Positions 34,860-47,133 of a stretch of DNA of 64,000 nucleotides are shown piece by piece. The stretch comes from Eledone cirrhosa (taxonomy: Eukaryota): contig OZ024765.1 of assembly GCA_964016885.1 (NCBI GenBank), positions 23,188,001 through 23,252,000 on the forward strand, given 5' to 3'. Each line of letters opens with the position of its first letter. Position 1 is the stretch's first letter. The notes below the pieces were generated by a model. The model was not told the DNA's origin, ran no database searches, and saw only the letters and a list, made by a program, of their open reading frames with translations. Position numbers and translations under genes: made by a program.

Positions 34860-35660
34860 ATTGAAAATGCAACTCGAGTCTTTTAACCCTTTAGTATTTA
34901 CATTACTCTATATCTACCATTGTATTTTCACGACAGGCTTTATCTCATAATTATCTCACATAATATCGAATCTATGAGATTTTGATGTTATTTATTTTGA
35001 GAACAATACCTTAACATCAGTATGAGTGGCCGGTTATGGTGACTTTCAATAGGAAGAGGTAAGAGAATTTTGGCCAGATGTGGTTGGTTTAAATGCTAAC
35101 CCTGTGATGGGCTGGTGTCCTGTCCAGGGGGAAGTCTTGTACTATTAGATGTCACAGAAAACATAGAAACGTGGCCCAAGAACTGGTTGGATGAGCGTCC
35201 AGGCTTGCGACAGACTTCTGAGAGAATTCTGGCCGGATACGGTCGGTTTAAATGCTAATGGGTTCAGAATATTTATTTACTTTACCGGCTTCACAGTTCT
35301 TATTATTTTCAAAAGTAAAATTGTGATGGAGGGTTTGTTTCTGTAGTATTTCTCACAATTCTACTTTTGAAAATCATAAGAACTGTGAAGCCGGTAAAGT
35401 AAATAAATATTCTTAATCCTTTAGTATTTAAAGCAGTTACATCTGGCCAAACTTTTCTTACCTCTTTCTGTTCAAACCGGCCATAACGAGAAGATTATAC
35501 TAATGTTAAGGTATTGTTCTCAAAATAAATAATATCATCATCAAAACCTAGTAGATTCAATATTATTTGCGATAAGTATGTGAAATAAAACCTTTACCGC
35601 AAAAATCTAATAGTAAAGCAATGTAAATGCTAAAGGGCTAAAAGACTCCTGTTGCATTAT

Positions 35661-35664
<4 letters not shown>
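34860..35664. mobile_element. Foldback/inverted-repeat structure containing two opposed piggyBac-like MITEs
   Basis: Arms match from attgaaaatgcaac/gttgcattatcaat inward to a central palindrome at 35266-35413; ttaaccctttag..ctaaaggg(c/t)taa termini. Confidence 0.6.
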
Positions 35665-35692
<28 letters not shown>

Positions 35693-35700
<8 letters not shown>

Positions 35701-36032
35701 ATACTTGGGGAGGGTCATATTTGTGTAATATTGCCAGAATTAATAACAGAACACACTCACTGTTTGGTTGGTTTTCGCTTTTTGCTTCTGTGTCTTTTAT
35801 ATCGGTAATCTAATTTATTCGGTCCTCAGTGTTGCCATTGACTGACCAACGGTCAAAAATACAGATATAATATAGACACAAACACATATATATAGTTTAT
35901 CAAAGTTCTTTCGTTGCACATCTGCAACATCGTCAGTGGTTTCCTTGAGGAAACAATAGCACCACTGACGATGTTCTGTTATTAATTCTGGCAAGATTAC
36001 ACAAATATGACCCTCCCCAAGTATAACAATAT
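35693..36032. repeat. ~60-bp inverted repeat enclosing an HHR-like motif; probable PLE pLTR remnant
   Basis: 35693-35752 versus 35972-36032. Confidence 0.7.
35899..35940 (-). ncRNA. HHR-like motif with an extra U after A9
   Basis: Minus strand: acca-CTGACGA-t-GTTGCA-gatg-TGCAAC-GAAAG-aa-CTT-tgat; stem I weak. Confidence 0.45.
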
Positions 36033-36127
36033 TTGTTTCGACACACGATTTCATATCAAAAACCTCGCAAAACTAATTCATCGCCGTTATATATATATAT
36101 ATATTTCTTTATATATAGTTAAGCTAA

Positions 36128-36221
36128 CAGAAGTCTGATGAGCTTTTGATGCCAGAGTCAGGGCCTGATCAATAGAGATGACACCTTAAACTGATCAATT
36201 GCGAAATACACGTCACACCTG
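36128..36221 (+). ncRNA. Degenerate HHR-like motif with long stem II
   Basis: CTGATGA-GCtt-TTGAT..ATCAA-ttGC-GAAA-tacac-GTC; stems I and III imperfect. Confidence 0.35.
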
Positions 36222-36280
36222 AATAAACTTAATGAAAATTTGACACCTCGTCCATACTTATCATATATATATATATATAT

Positions 36281-36954
36281 ATCATCATCATCATCGTTTA
36301 ACGTCCGTGTTCCACGCTTGCATGGGTTTGGACGGGGGTATTCCCACTTGAGGCAAGAGTGATTGTCTTGCTCGCATAGGACTGTCTGGCAGGTTTTCTA
36401 CAGTTGGATGCCCTTCCTAACACCAACCACATTTACAGTGTGAGGCTGGGAGGTTTTTACCGTGTTGCCTACACGGCCACATTACAGCGTGGACTGGGTG
36501 GCGTGTTTTCTACAGCTGGATGCCCTTCCTAACACCAACCACATTTACAGTGTGGGTCTGGGAGGTTTTTACCGTGTTGCCTACACGGCCACATTACAGC
36601 GTGGACTGTCTGGCGTGTTTTCTACAGCTGGATGCCCTTCCTAACACCAACCACATTTACAGTGTGAGGCTGGGAGGTTTTTACCGTGTTGCCTACACGG
36701 CCACATTACAGCGTGGTCTGTGTGTTTTTTTGTCGTGACACCTACACGATCTCATTTGTTTCAGCCTGGATGGCGTGGCACCGACATAACTTTACATAGA
36801 AGGGGGTGGTGTGGGGGTGGTGGGACGGGGTGTATTTTGTTAGAGATGCCTACTGGCTGTAGTAGGTTTTACTATGTATTTAGGTAAGGCGGGTCTTCTC
36901 TGTTACTGAGTACCGCCAAAGGTCTCGGTCCAGTGACATTGTCTTGGAGAGGTG

Positions 36955-36956
<2 letters not shown>
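36281..36956 (-). mobile_element. RTE family A 3' end with a 112-bp segment of the UTR triplicated
   Basis: ttttctacag at 36394, 36506 and 36618. Confidence 0.88.
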
Positions 36957-37002
<46 letters not shown>

Positions 37003-37122
37003 CATATATATATACATATATATATATATCATATATATATACATATATATATATATCATATATATATATATACATATATATATACATATATACATATACA
37101 TATATATATACATATATATATC

Positions 37123-37156
<34 letters not shown>

Positions 37157-37177
37157 ATACATATATATATATATCAT

Positions 37178-37211
<34 letters not shown>

Positions 37212-37227
37212 ATACATATATATATAT

Positions 37228-37267
<40 letters not shown>

Positions 37268-37589
37268 TACATATATATATATATTTATATACATACATAT
37301 ATACATATAAAAAAGAAAATTTCGCTCTACATGGCTGAACACTACATGGCATGTGAACGCCAACACAAGAGCAAGAATGAAGTGTTCATTCTACTGACAT
37401 GGCTATAAAATTGAGGCTTGTTTGCATAATTGCAACAAATCAAATGTTATTATTCGAAAAACTCAGATTACATTTATATATACATACATATATATATCTT
37501 CTTCGCCATCTTATTCCTGAGAGGGTCGTTTTCAGATATTTTTTGTAGAAATACATTGTCATAATTTTGAAATTATAACATTTGTTGTT

Positions 37590-37940
37590 CTTACAGGAAT
37601 ATTACCAGATGTACCAGAAAGTTTTTACTACATCCCTAGGAAAATTTTCGAGACTATTAAGAAATTTGCCCAGATATCCAGCAAACTTTTACCAGATCCT
37701 TAGGAACTTTTTACCAGATCTGCAGGAAATTTTTACCAGATATCCAGAAAATTTTTACCAGATCTGCAGCAAATCTTGACCAGATCTACAGGAAGTTTTT
37801 ACCAGATCTCCAAGAAGTTTTTACAAGACTTTTAGAAAATTTTCCAAAACTTCAAGGAAATTTTCCCAGACTTCCAGGAATTATTTACAAGACAGAGAGG
37901 AAAATTTTGCACACCTTCCAGGAAATTTTACCAGACCAAT
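37590..37940. repeat. Degenerate ~21-22-bp minisatellite (caggaaatttttaccagatct)
   Basis: Recurring ttttaccagat/aggaa motif just upstream of the exon. Confidence 0.75.
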
Positions 37941-37970
37941 GGGCTGTAATACTTTTGCTATTAGTAGGCG

Positions 37971-38230
37971 ATGTCTATCATCAATGCTGCTGAGCATGGT
38001 TACTATGATGTGGTAAAGGACTTGATTGCCAGGGGCTCATCTGTCAATGTGAAGGACAGTAATGGAGCTACAGCACTGTTTAAGGCTGCTTGTAGGGGCA
38101 ATGAAAATATTTGCCACACTCTACTGGGAGCTAATGCTAGCATTGATGAGTGCGTTCTATGGGGATCAACAGCCCTTCATGCTGCAGCAGATGGGGGCCA
38201 CACACAATGCGTACAGTTACTCATTAATCA
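37971..38230 (+). CDS. Ankyrin-repeat protein, first visible coding exon
   Basis: AAEHGYYDVVKDLI, GATALFKAACRG, GSTALHAAADGGHTQCVQLLI; acceptor ttag/tag just upstream, donor CA|GTAAGT (phase 2). Confidence 0.88.
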
Positions 38231-38253
38231 GTAAGTTAACCCTCCTTGATTTA

Positions 38254-38443
38254 TCATCATCATCATCAAATTTTTGATTATGCAGGACACAGTTAATCCC
38301 TAAATAGGGCTGGGTCCTGTCTGACTGGGCTCCTTTGCGTCTTATGTTTCTGTCCACCACTCCCGGGCCCAGCCAAGCCTAGCTTGATCCCGACAGACAT
38401 CCTCCACCCAAGTCCTTTTTGAGCTTCCTGGGCCTCTTCTTTT
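38254..38443 (-). mobile_element. Old RTE-like 3' fragment
   Basis: Minus strand reads KRRGPGSSKRTWVEDVCRD with a (GAT)n tail. Confidence 0.5.
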
Positions 38444-38470
38444 AATTGTTATATTATTAAATTATTAAAG

Positions 38471-38695
38471 GGCAGTAGATTGGTAGTAAAATCGGTAGAG
38501 CATCAGACAACATGCTTTGCAGCATAGAGTTACGGCCCTTTACGTTCTGAGTTCAAATCCTGCACAAAGTTAGCTTTGCCTTTCAGCCTTATGTGGTCGA
38601 TAAAATAAAGTACCAGTAATACACTTGGGTCAATTTAATCAGCCCCCCCCCCCCCCCATCAAATTGCTGACCCTGTGCCAAAAGTAGAAAAAAGA
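38471..38695 (+). mobile_element. tRNA-derived SINE with Nin-like core (octopus OK-like), diverged
   Basis: acgttctgagttcaaatcc B box; ctttgcctttcagcct..ggtcgataaaataaagtaccagt. Confidence 0.65.
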
Positions 38696-39233
38696 AATTT
38701 AGTTATATTACAGAATCCTGGCCAAAACCGGCCCTTGTTCTATGAAATAAAACCACCAATTTTAAAGGGTCCCAATTTAAATTAAAATCTTCCAACATAA
38801 TTTTATATAATGACCTTATGTTAAGTTACTGTCTTAGTACACTTAAAAAACAGGGCCCCTGAAACAGTGTGACCTTAAGTAACATCTTATTCAGCTTATA
38901 GGTAAGACCAGTACTGCTTACTAATGAAATAATTACTAATATTGGTAAAACCCTTAAAATTCTTCATTCACCCTTTAATACAAACCCAGTCAAAACCATC
39001 TCCAGTTCTATGAAACAAACTCACCCAATTTAAAGGTTTCCAATTTGAATTACAATCTTCAAACGTAATTCTATATAAGAACCTTTGTTAAGTTACTGTC
39101 TAAGGAATGAAATATATAATAATTTTAGTAAATCCCTCAAAATTCTTCATTAATTAATTGAAATCCAGGGTTCCTATTTAAATTAAAATCTTCCAACGTA
39201 ATTTTATATAAGAACCTTATCTTAACTTACTAG

Positions 39234-39470
39234 CTTCTTCTTCTCCCACTCATTCCTGAGAGGATCGTGGGTGTAGAGTCCCCAAACTCCTTCCAGCAGG
39301 TCCTGTCAGAAGCAAACGTCTCCAACTGATCCAGTAAGACCAGCCAAGCTCATTGATGTTATTCAACCATCTTGCTCGGGCTCTACACTTGGGTCTCCTA
39401 CCTCTTTCCTGAGACATTCCAACCACATGCCTGTAGTACCAGAGCTGTGGTCTCTCAATTCAGAGATTCT
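39234..39470 (-). mobile_element. RTE (Expander/Rex3-like) 3' end, family D; source of the adjacent satellite
   Basis: Minus strand reads IERPQLWYYRHVVGMSQER-GRRPKCRARARWLNNINELGWS with a (GAA)n tail; the same terminus recurs at ~37497-37530. Confidence 0.75.
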
Positions 39471-42400
39471 TTCCTGAGACATTCTAACCACATGTCTGTA
39501 GTATCAGAGCTGTGGTCTCTCAATCCAGAGATTCTTTCCTGAGACATTCTAACCACATGTCTGTAGTATCAGAGCTGTGGTCTCTCAATTCAGAGATTCT
39601 TTCCTTAGACATTCTAACCACATGTCTGTAGTATCAGAGCTGTGGTCTCTCAATTCAGAGATTCTTTCCTGAGACATTCTAACCACATGTCTGTAGTATC
39701 AGAGCTGTGGTCTCTCAATTCAGAGATTCTTTCCTTAGACATTCTAACCACATGTCTGTAGTATCAGAGCTGTGGTCTCTCAATTCAGAGATTCCTTCCT
39801 TAGACATTCTAACCACATGTCTGTAGTATCAGAGCTGTGGTCTCTCAATTCAGAGATTCTTTCCTCAGACATTCTAACCACATGTCTGTAGTATCACAGC
39901 TGTGGTCTCTCAATTCAGAGATTCTTTCCTGAGACATTCTAACCACATGTCTGTAGTATCAGAGCTGTGGTCTCTCAATTCAGAGATTCTTTCCTCAGAC
40001 ATTCTAACCACATGTCTGTAGTATCAGAGCTGTGGTCTCTCAATTCAGAGATTCTTTCCTGAGACATTCTAACCACATGTCTGTAGTATCAGAGCTGTGG
40101 TCTCTCAATTCAGAGATTCCTTCCTTAGACATTCTAACCACATGTCTGTAGTATCAGAGCTGTGGTCTCTCAATTCAGAGATTCCTTCCTTAGACATTCT
40201 AACCACATGTCTGTAGTATCAGAGCTGTGATCTCTCAATTCAGAGATTCCTTCCTTAGACATTCTAACCACATGTCTGTAGTATCAGAGCTGTGATCTCT
40301 TAATCCAAAGATTCTTTCCTGAGATATTCTAACCACATGTCTGTAGTATCAGAGCTGTGGTCTCTCAATCCAGAGATTCTTTCCTCAGACATTCTAACCA
40401 CATGTCTGTAGTATCAGAGCTGTGATCTCTCAATTCAGAGATTCTTTCCTCAGACATTCTAACCACATGTCTGTAGTATCAGAGCTGTGATCTCTTAATC
40501 CATAGATTCTTTCCTGAGCTATTCTAACCACATGTCTGTAGTATCAGAGCTGTGGTCTCTCAATTCAGAGATTCCTTCCTTAGACATTCTAACCACATGT
40601 CTGTAGTATCAGAGCTGTGGTCTCTCAATTCAGAGATTCTTTCCTGAGACATTCTAACCACATGTCTGTAGTATCAGAGCTGTGGTCTCTCAATTCAGAG
40701 ATTCTTTCCTTAGACATTCTAACCACATGTCTGTAGTATCAGAGCTGTGGTCTCTCAATTCAGAGATTCCTTCCTTAGACATTCTAACCACATGTCTGTA
40801 GTATCAGAGCTGTGGTCTCTCAATTCAGAGATTCTTTCCTCAGACATTCTAACCACATGTCTGTAGTATCACAGCTGTGGTCTCTCAATTCAGAGATTCT
40901 TTCCTGAGACATTCTAACCACATGTCTGTAGTATCAGAGCTGTGGTCTCTCAATTCAGAGATTCTTTCCTCAGACATTCTAACCACATGTCTGTAGTATC
41001 AGAGCTGTGGTCTCTCAATTCAGAGATTCTTTCCTGAGACATTCTAACCACATGTCTGTAGTATCAGAGCTGTGGTCTCTCAATTCAGAGATTCCTTCCT
41101 TAGACATTCTAACCACATGTCTGTAGTATCAGAGCTGTGGTCTCTCAATTCAGAGATTCTTTCCTCAGACATTCTAACCACATGTCTGTAGTATCAGAGC
41201 TGTGGTCTCTCAATTCAGAGATTCCTTCCTTAGACATTCTAACCACATGTCTGTAGTATCAGAGCTGTGATCTCTCAATTCAGAGATTCCTTCCTTAGAC
41301 ATTCTAACCACATGTCTGTAGTATCAGAGCTGTGATCTCTCAATTCAGAGATTCCTTCCTTAGACATTCTAACCACATGTCTGTAGTATCAGAGCTGTGA
41401 TCTCTTAATCCAAAGATTCTTTCCTGAGATATTCTAACCACATGTCTGTAGTATCAGAGCTGTGGTCTCTCAATCCAGAGATTCTTTCCTCAGACATTCT
41501 AACCACATGTCTGTAGTATCAGAGCTGTGATCTCTTAATCCAGAGATTCTTTCCTCAGACATTCTAACCACATGTCTGTAGTATCAGAGCTGTGATCTCT
41601 TAATCCATAGATTCTTTCCTGAGCTATTCTAACCACATGTCTGTAGTATCAGAGCTGTGGTCTCTCAATTCAGAGATTCCTTCCTTAGACATTCTAACCA
41701 CATGTCTGTAGTATCAGAGCTGTGGTCTCTCAATCCAGAGATTCTTTCCTGAGACATTCTAAACACATGTCTGTAGTATCAGAGCTGTGGTCTCTCAAGT
41801 CAGAGATTCTTTCCTGAGACATTCTAACCACATGTCTGTAGTATCAGAGCTGTGATCTCTTAATCCAGAGATTCTTTCCTCAGACATTCTAACCACATGT
41901 CTGTAGTATCAGAGCTGTGGTCTCTCAATTCAGAGATTCTTTCCTGAGACATTCTAACCACATGTCTGTAGTATCAGAGCTGTGGTCTCTCAATTCAGAG
42001 ATTCTTTCCTCAGACATTCTAACCACATGTCTGTAGTATCAGAGCTGTGGTCTCTCAATTCAGAGATTCTTTCCTTAGACATTCTAACCACATGTCTGTA
42101 GTATCACAGCTGTGGTCTCTCAATTCAGAGATTCTTTCCTCAGACATTCTAACCACATGTCTGTAGTATCAGAGCTGTGGTCTCTCAATTCAGAGATTCT
42201 TTCCTGAGACATTCTAACCACATGTCTGTAGTATCAGAGCTGTGGTCTCTCAATTCAGAGATTCCTTCCTTAGACATTCTAACCACATGTCTGTAGTATC
42301 AGAGCTGTGGTCTCTCAATTCAGAGATTCTTTCCTCAGACATTCTAACCACATGTCTGTAGTATCAGAGCTGTGGTCTCTCAATTCAGAGATTCCTTCCT

Positions 42401-45400
42401 TAGACATTCTAACCACATGTCTGTAGTATCAGAGCTGTGATCTCTCAATTCAGAGATTCCTTCCTTAGACATTCTAACCACATGTCTGTAGTATCAGAGC
42501 TGTGATCTCTCAATTCAGAGATTCCTTCCTTAGACATTCTAACCACATGTCTGTAGTATCAGAGCTGTGATCTCTTAATCCAAAGATTCTTTCCTGAGAT
42601 ATTCTAACCACATGTCTGTAGTATCAGAGCTGTGGTCTCTCAATCCAGAGATTCTTTCCTGAGACATTCTAAACACATGTCTGTAGTATCAGAGCTGTGG
42701 TCTCTCAAGTCAGAGATTCTTTCCTGAGACATTCTAACCACATGTCTGTAGTATCAGAGCTGTGATCTCTTAATCCAGAGATTCTTTCCTCAGACATTCT
42801 AACCACATGTCTGTAGTATCAGAGCTGTGGTCTCTCAATCCAGAGATTCTTTCCTGAGACATTCTAAACACATGTCTGTAGTATCAGAGCTGTGGTCTCT
42901 CAAGTCAGAGATTCTTTCCTGAGACATTCTAACCACATGTCTGTAGTATCAGAGCTGTGATCTCTTAATCCAGAGATTCTTTCCTCAGACATTCTAACCA
43001 CATGTCTGTAGTATCAGAGCTGTGATCTCTCAATTCAGAGATTCTTTCCTCAGACATTCTAACCAAATGTCTGTAGTATCAGAGCTGTGATCTCTTAATC
43101 CAGAGATTCTTTCCTGAGACATTCTAACCACATGTCTGTAGTATCAGAGCTGTGATCTCTCAATTCAGAGATTCTTTCCTCAGACATTCTAACCACATGT
43201 CAGTAGTATCAGAGCTGTGATCTCTCAATTCAGAGATTCTTTCCTCAGACGTTCTAACCACATGTCTGTAGTATCAGAGCTGTGATCTCTTAATCCAGAG
43301 ATTCTTTCCTCAGACATTCTAACCACATGTCTGTAGTATCAGAGCTGTGATCTCTCAATTCAGAGATTCTTTCCTGACACATTCTAACCGCATGTCTGTA
43401 GTATCTAAGCTGTGATCTCTTAATCGAGAGATTCTTTCCTGAAACATTCTAACCACATGTCTGTAGTATCAGAGCTGTGATCTCTCAATCCAGAGATTCT
43501 TTCCTGAGACATTCTAACCACATGTCTGTAGTATCAGAGCTGTGCTCTCTCAATTCAGAGATTCTTTCCTCAGATATTCTAACCACATCTCAGTAGTATC
43601 AGAGCTGTGATCTCTCAATTCAGAGATTCTTTCCTGAGTCATTCTAACCCCATGTCTGTAGTATCAGAGCTGTGATCTCTTAATCCAGAGATTCTTTCCT
43701 GAGACATTCTAACCACATGTCTGTAGTATCAGAGCTGTGATATCTTAATCCAGAGATTCTTTCCTGAGACATTCTAACAACATGTCTGTAGTATCAGAGC
43801 TGTGCTCTCTAAATCCAGAGATTCTTTTCTCAGACATTCTAACCACATGTCTGTAGTATCAGAGCTGTGATCTCTTAATCCAGAGATTCTTTCCTGAGAC
43901 ATTCTAACCACATGTCTGTAGTATCAGAGCTGTAATCTCTTAATCCAGAGATTTTTTCGTGAGACATTCTAACCACATGTCTGTAGTATCAGAGCTGTAA
44001 TCTCCCAATTCAGAAATTCTTTCCTGAGACATTCTAAACACATGTCTGTAGTATCAGAGCTGTGATCTCTTAATCCAGAGATTCTTTCCTGAGACATTCT
44101 AACCACATATCTGTAGTATCAGAGCTGTGATCTCTCAATTCAGAGATTCTTTCCTGAGATATTCCAATCACATGTCTGTAGTATCAGAGCTGTGCTCTCT
44201 AAATCCAGAGATTCTTTTCTCAGACATTCTAACCACATGTCTGTAGTATCAGAGCTTGGATCTCTCAATCCAGAGATTCTTTCCTCAGACATTCTAACCA
44301 CATGTCTGTAGTATCAGAGCTGTGATCTCTCAATTCAGAGATTTTTTCCTCAGACATTCTAACCACATGTCTGTAGTATCAGAGCTGTGATCTCTCAATT
44401 CAGAGATTCTTTCCTGACACATTCTAACCGCATGTCTGTAGTATCTAAGCTGTGATCTCTTAATCGAGAGATTTTTTCCTGAGACATTCTAACCACATGT
44501 CTGTAGTATCAGAGCTGTGATCTTTCAATCCAGAGATTCTTTCCTCAGACATTCTAACCACATGTCTGTAGTATCAGAGCTGTGCTCTCTCAATTCAGAG
44601 ATTCTTTCCTCAGATATTCTAACCATATCTCAGTAGTATCAGAGCTGTGATCTCTCAATTCAGAGATTCTTTCCTGAGACATTCTAACCCCATGTCTGTA
44701 GTATCAGAGGTGTGATCTCTTAATCCAGAGATTCTTTCCTGAGACATTCTAACCACATGTCTGTAGTATCAGAGCTGTGATATCTTAATCCAGAGATTCT
44801 TTCCTGAGACATTCTAACCACATGTCTGTAGTATCAGAGCTGTGCTCTCTAAATCCAGAGATTATTTTCTCAGACATTCTAACCACATGTCTGTAGTATC
44901 AGAGCTGTGATCTCTTAATCCAGAGATTCTTTCCTGAGACATTCTAACCACATGTCTGTAGTATCAGAGCTGTAATCTATTAATCCAGAGATTTTTTCGT
45001 GAGACATTCTAACCACATGTCTGTAGTATCAGAGCTGTGATCTCCCAATTCAGAAATTCTTTCCTGAGACATTCTAAACACATGTCTGTAGTATCAGAGC
45101 TGTGATCTCTTAATCCAGAGATTCTTTCCTGAGACATTCTAACCACATATCTGTAGTATCAGAGCTGTGATCTCTCAATTCAGAGATTCTTTCCTGAGAC
45201 ATTCCAATCACATGTCTGTAGTATCAGAGCTGTGATCTCTTAATCCAGAGGTTCTTTTCTGAGACATTCTAACCACATGTCTGTAGTATCAGAGCTGTGA
45301 TCTCTCAATCCAGAGATTCTTTCCTGAGACATTCTAACCACATGTCTGTAGTATCAGAGCTGGGATCTCTCAATTCAGAGATTCTTTCCTGAGTCATTCT

Positions 45401-46839
45401 AACCACATGTCTGTAGTATCAGAGCTTCGATCTTTCAATTCAGAGATTCTTTCCTGAGACATTCTAACCACATGTCTGTAGTATCAGAGCTGTGATCTCT
45501 CAATTCAGAGATTCTTTCCTGAGTCATTCTAACCACATGTCTGTAGTATCAGAGCTGTGATCTCTCAATTCAGAGATTCTTTCCTGACACATTCTAACCA
45601 CATGTCTGTAGTATCAGAGCTGTGATCTCTCAATTCAGAGATTCTTTCCTCAGACATTCTAACCACATGTCTGTAGTATCAGAGCTGTGATCTCTCAATC
45701 CAGAGATTCTTTCCTCAGACATTCTAACCACATGTCTGTAGTATCAGAGCTGTGATCTGTCAATCCAGAGATTCTTTCCTCAGACATTCTAACCACATGT
45801 CTGTAGTGTCAGAGCTGTGATCTCTCAATCCAGAGATTATTTCCTCAGACATTCTAACCACATGTCTGTAGTATCAGAGCTGTGATCTCTCAATCCAGAG
45901 ATTCTTTCCTCAGACATTCTAACCACATGTCTGTAGTATCAGAGCTGTGATCTGTCAATCCAGAGATTCTTTCCTCAGACATTCTAACCACATGTCTGTA
46001 GTATCAGAGCTGTGATCTCTCAATCCAGAGATTCTTTCCTCAGACATTCTAACCACATGTCTGTAGTATCAGAGCTGTGATCTCTCAATTCAGAGATTCT
46101 TTCCTCAGACATTCTAACCACATGTCTGTAGTATCAGAGTTGTGATCTCTCAATCCAGAGATTCTTTCCTCAGACATTCTAACCACATGTCTGTAGTATC
46201 AGAGCTGTGATCTCTCAATCCAGAGATTATTTCCTCAGACATTCTAACCACATGTCTGTAGTATCAGAGCTGTTATCTCTCAATCCAGAGATTCTTTCCT
46301 CAGACATTCTAACCACATGTCTGTAATATCAGAGCTGTGATCTCTCAATTCAGAGATTCTTTCCTCAGACATTCTAACCACATGTCTGTAGTATCAGAGC
46401 TGTGATCTGTCAATCCAGAGATTCTTTCCTCAGACATTCTAACCACATGTCTGTAGTATCAGAGCTGTGATCTCTCAATCCAGAGATTCTTTCCTCAGAC
46501 ATTCTAACCACATGTCTGTAGTATCAGAGCTGTGATCTCTCAATCCAGAGATTCTTTCCTCAGACATTCTAACCACATGTCTGTAGTATCAGAGCTGTGA
46601 TCTCTCAATCCAGAGATTATTTCCTCAGACATTCTAACCACATGTCTGTAGTATCAGAGCTGTGATCTCTCAATCCAGAGATTCTTTCCTCAGACATTCT
46701 AACCACATGTCTGTAGTATCAGAGCTGTGATCTCTCAATTCAGAGATTCTTTCCTCAGACATTCTAACCACATGTCTGTAGTATCAGAGCTGTGATCTGT
46801 CAATCCAGAGATTCTTTCCTCAGACATTCTAACCACATG
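39403..46839. repeat. 65-bp intronic satellite, ~114 copies
   Basis: cagagattctttcctgagacattctaaccacatgtctgtagtatcagagctgtggtctctcaatt; 39461 to 46741 is exactly 112x65. Confidence 0.97.
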
Positions 46840-46902
46840 CCCACATTAAGTTATATTAAGTTACACACATTGTTATTGTTGCTGTTGTTGTTGTTTATCC
46901 AG

Positions 46903-47108
46903 TGGTGCTAATGTAAATGCGCAGAACAAACGTGGTGATACACCACTCCACTATGCCTGTTTCCATAACTACACTGACATCACGTCCTACTTACTCGAAA
47001 ACAAAGCTGACATTTTCCTCGAGAACCAGGATAGCAGGAACCCCTATATGGAGGCCGTTAGTCAGAAATGTCAACCCATTCTCAACATTTTACAGAAACA
47101 TTTACAAA
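46903..47108 (+). CDS. Ankyrin-repeat protein, next coding exon
   Basis: Acceptor tttatccag|T completes CA+T (His); reads GANVNAQNKRGDTPLHYACFHNYTDITSYLLENKADIFLENQDSRNPYMEA..; donor A|GTGAGT. Confidence 0.9.
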
Positions 47109-47133
47109 GTGAGTATTTCATCATCTCGATCAA

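Noticed and set aside
39403-46839. CRISPR-like regular array
   Set aside because: No unique spacers and no cas genes; it is a eukaryotic tandem satellite
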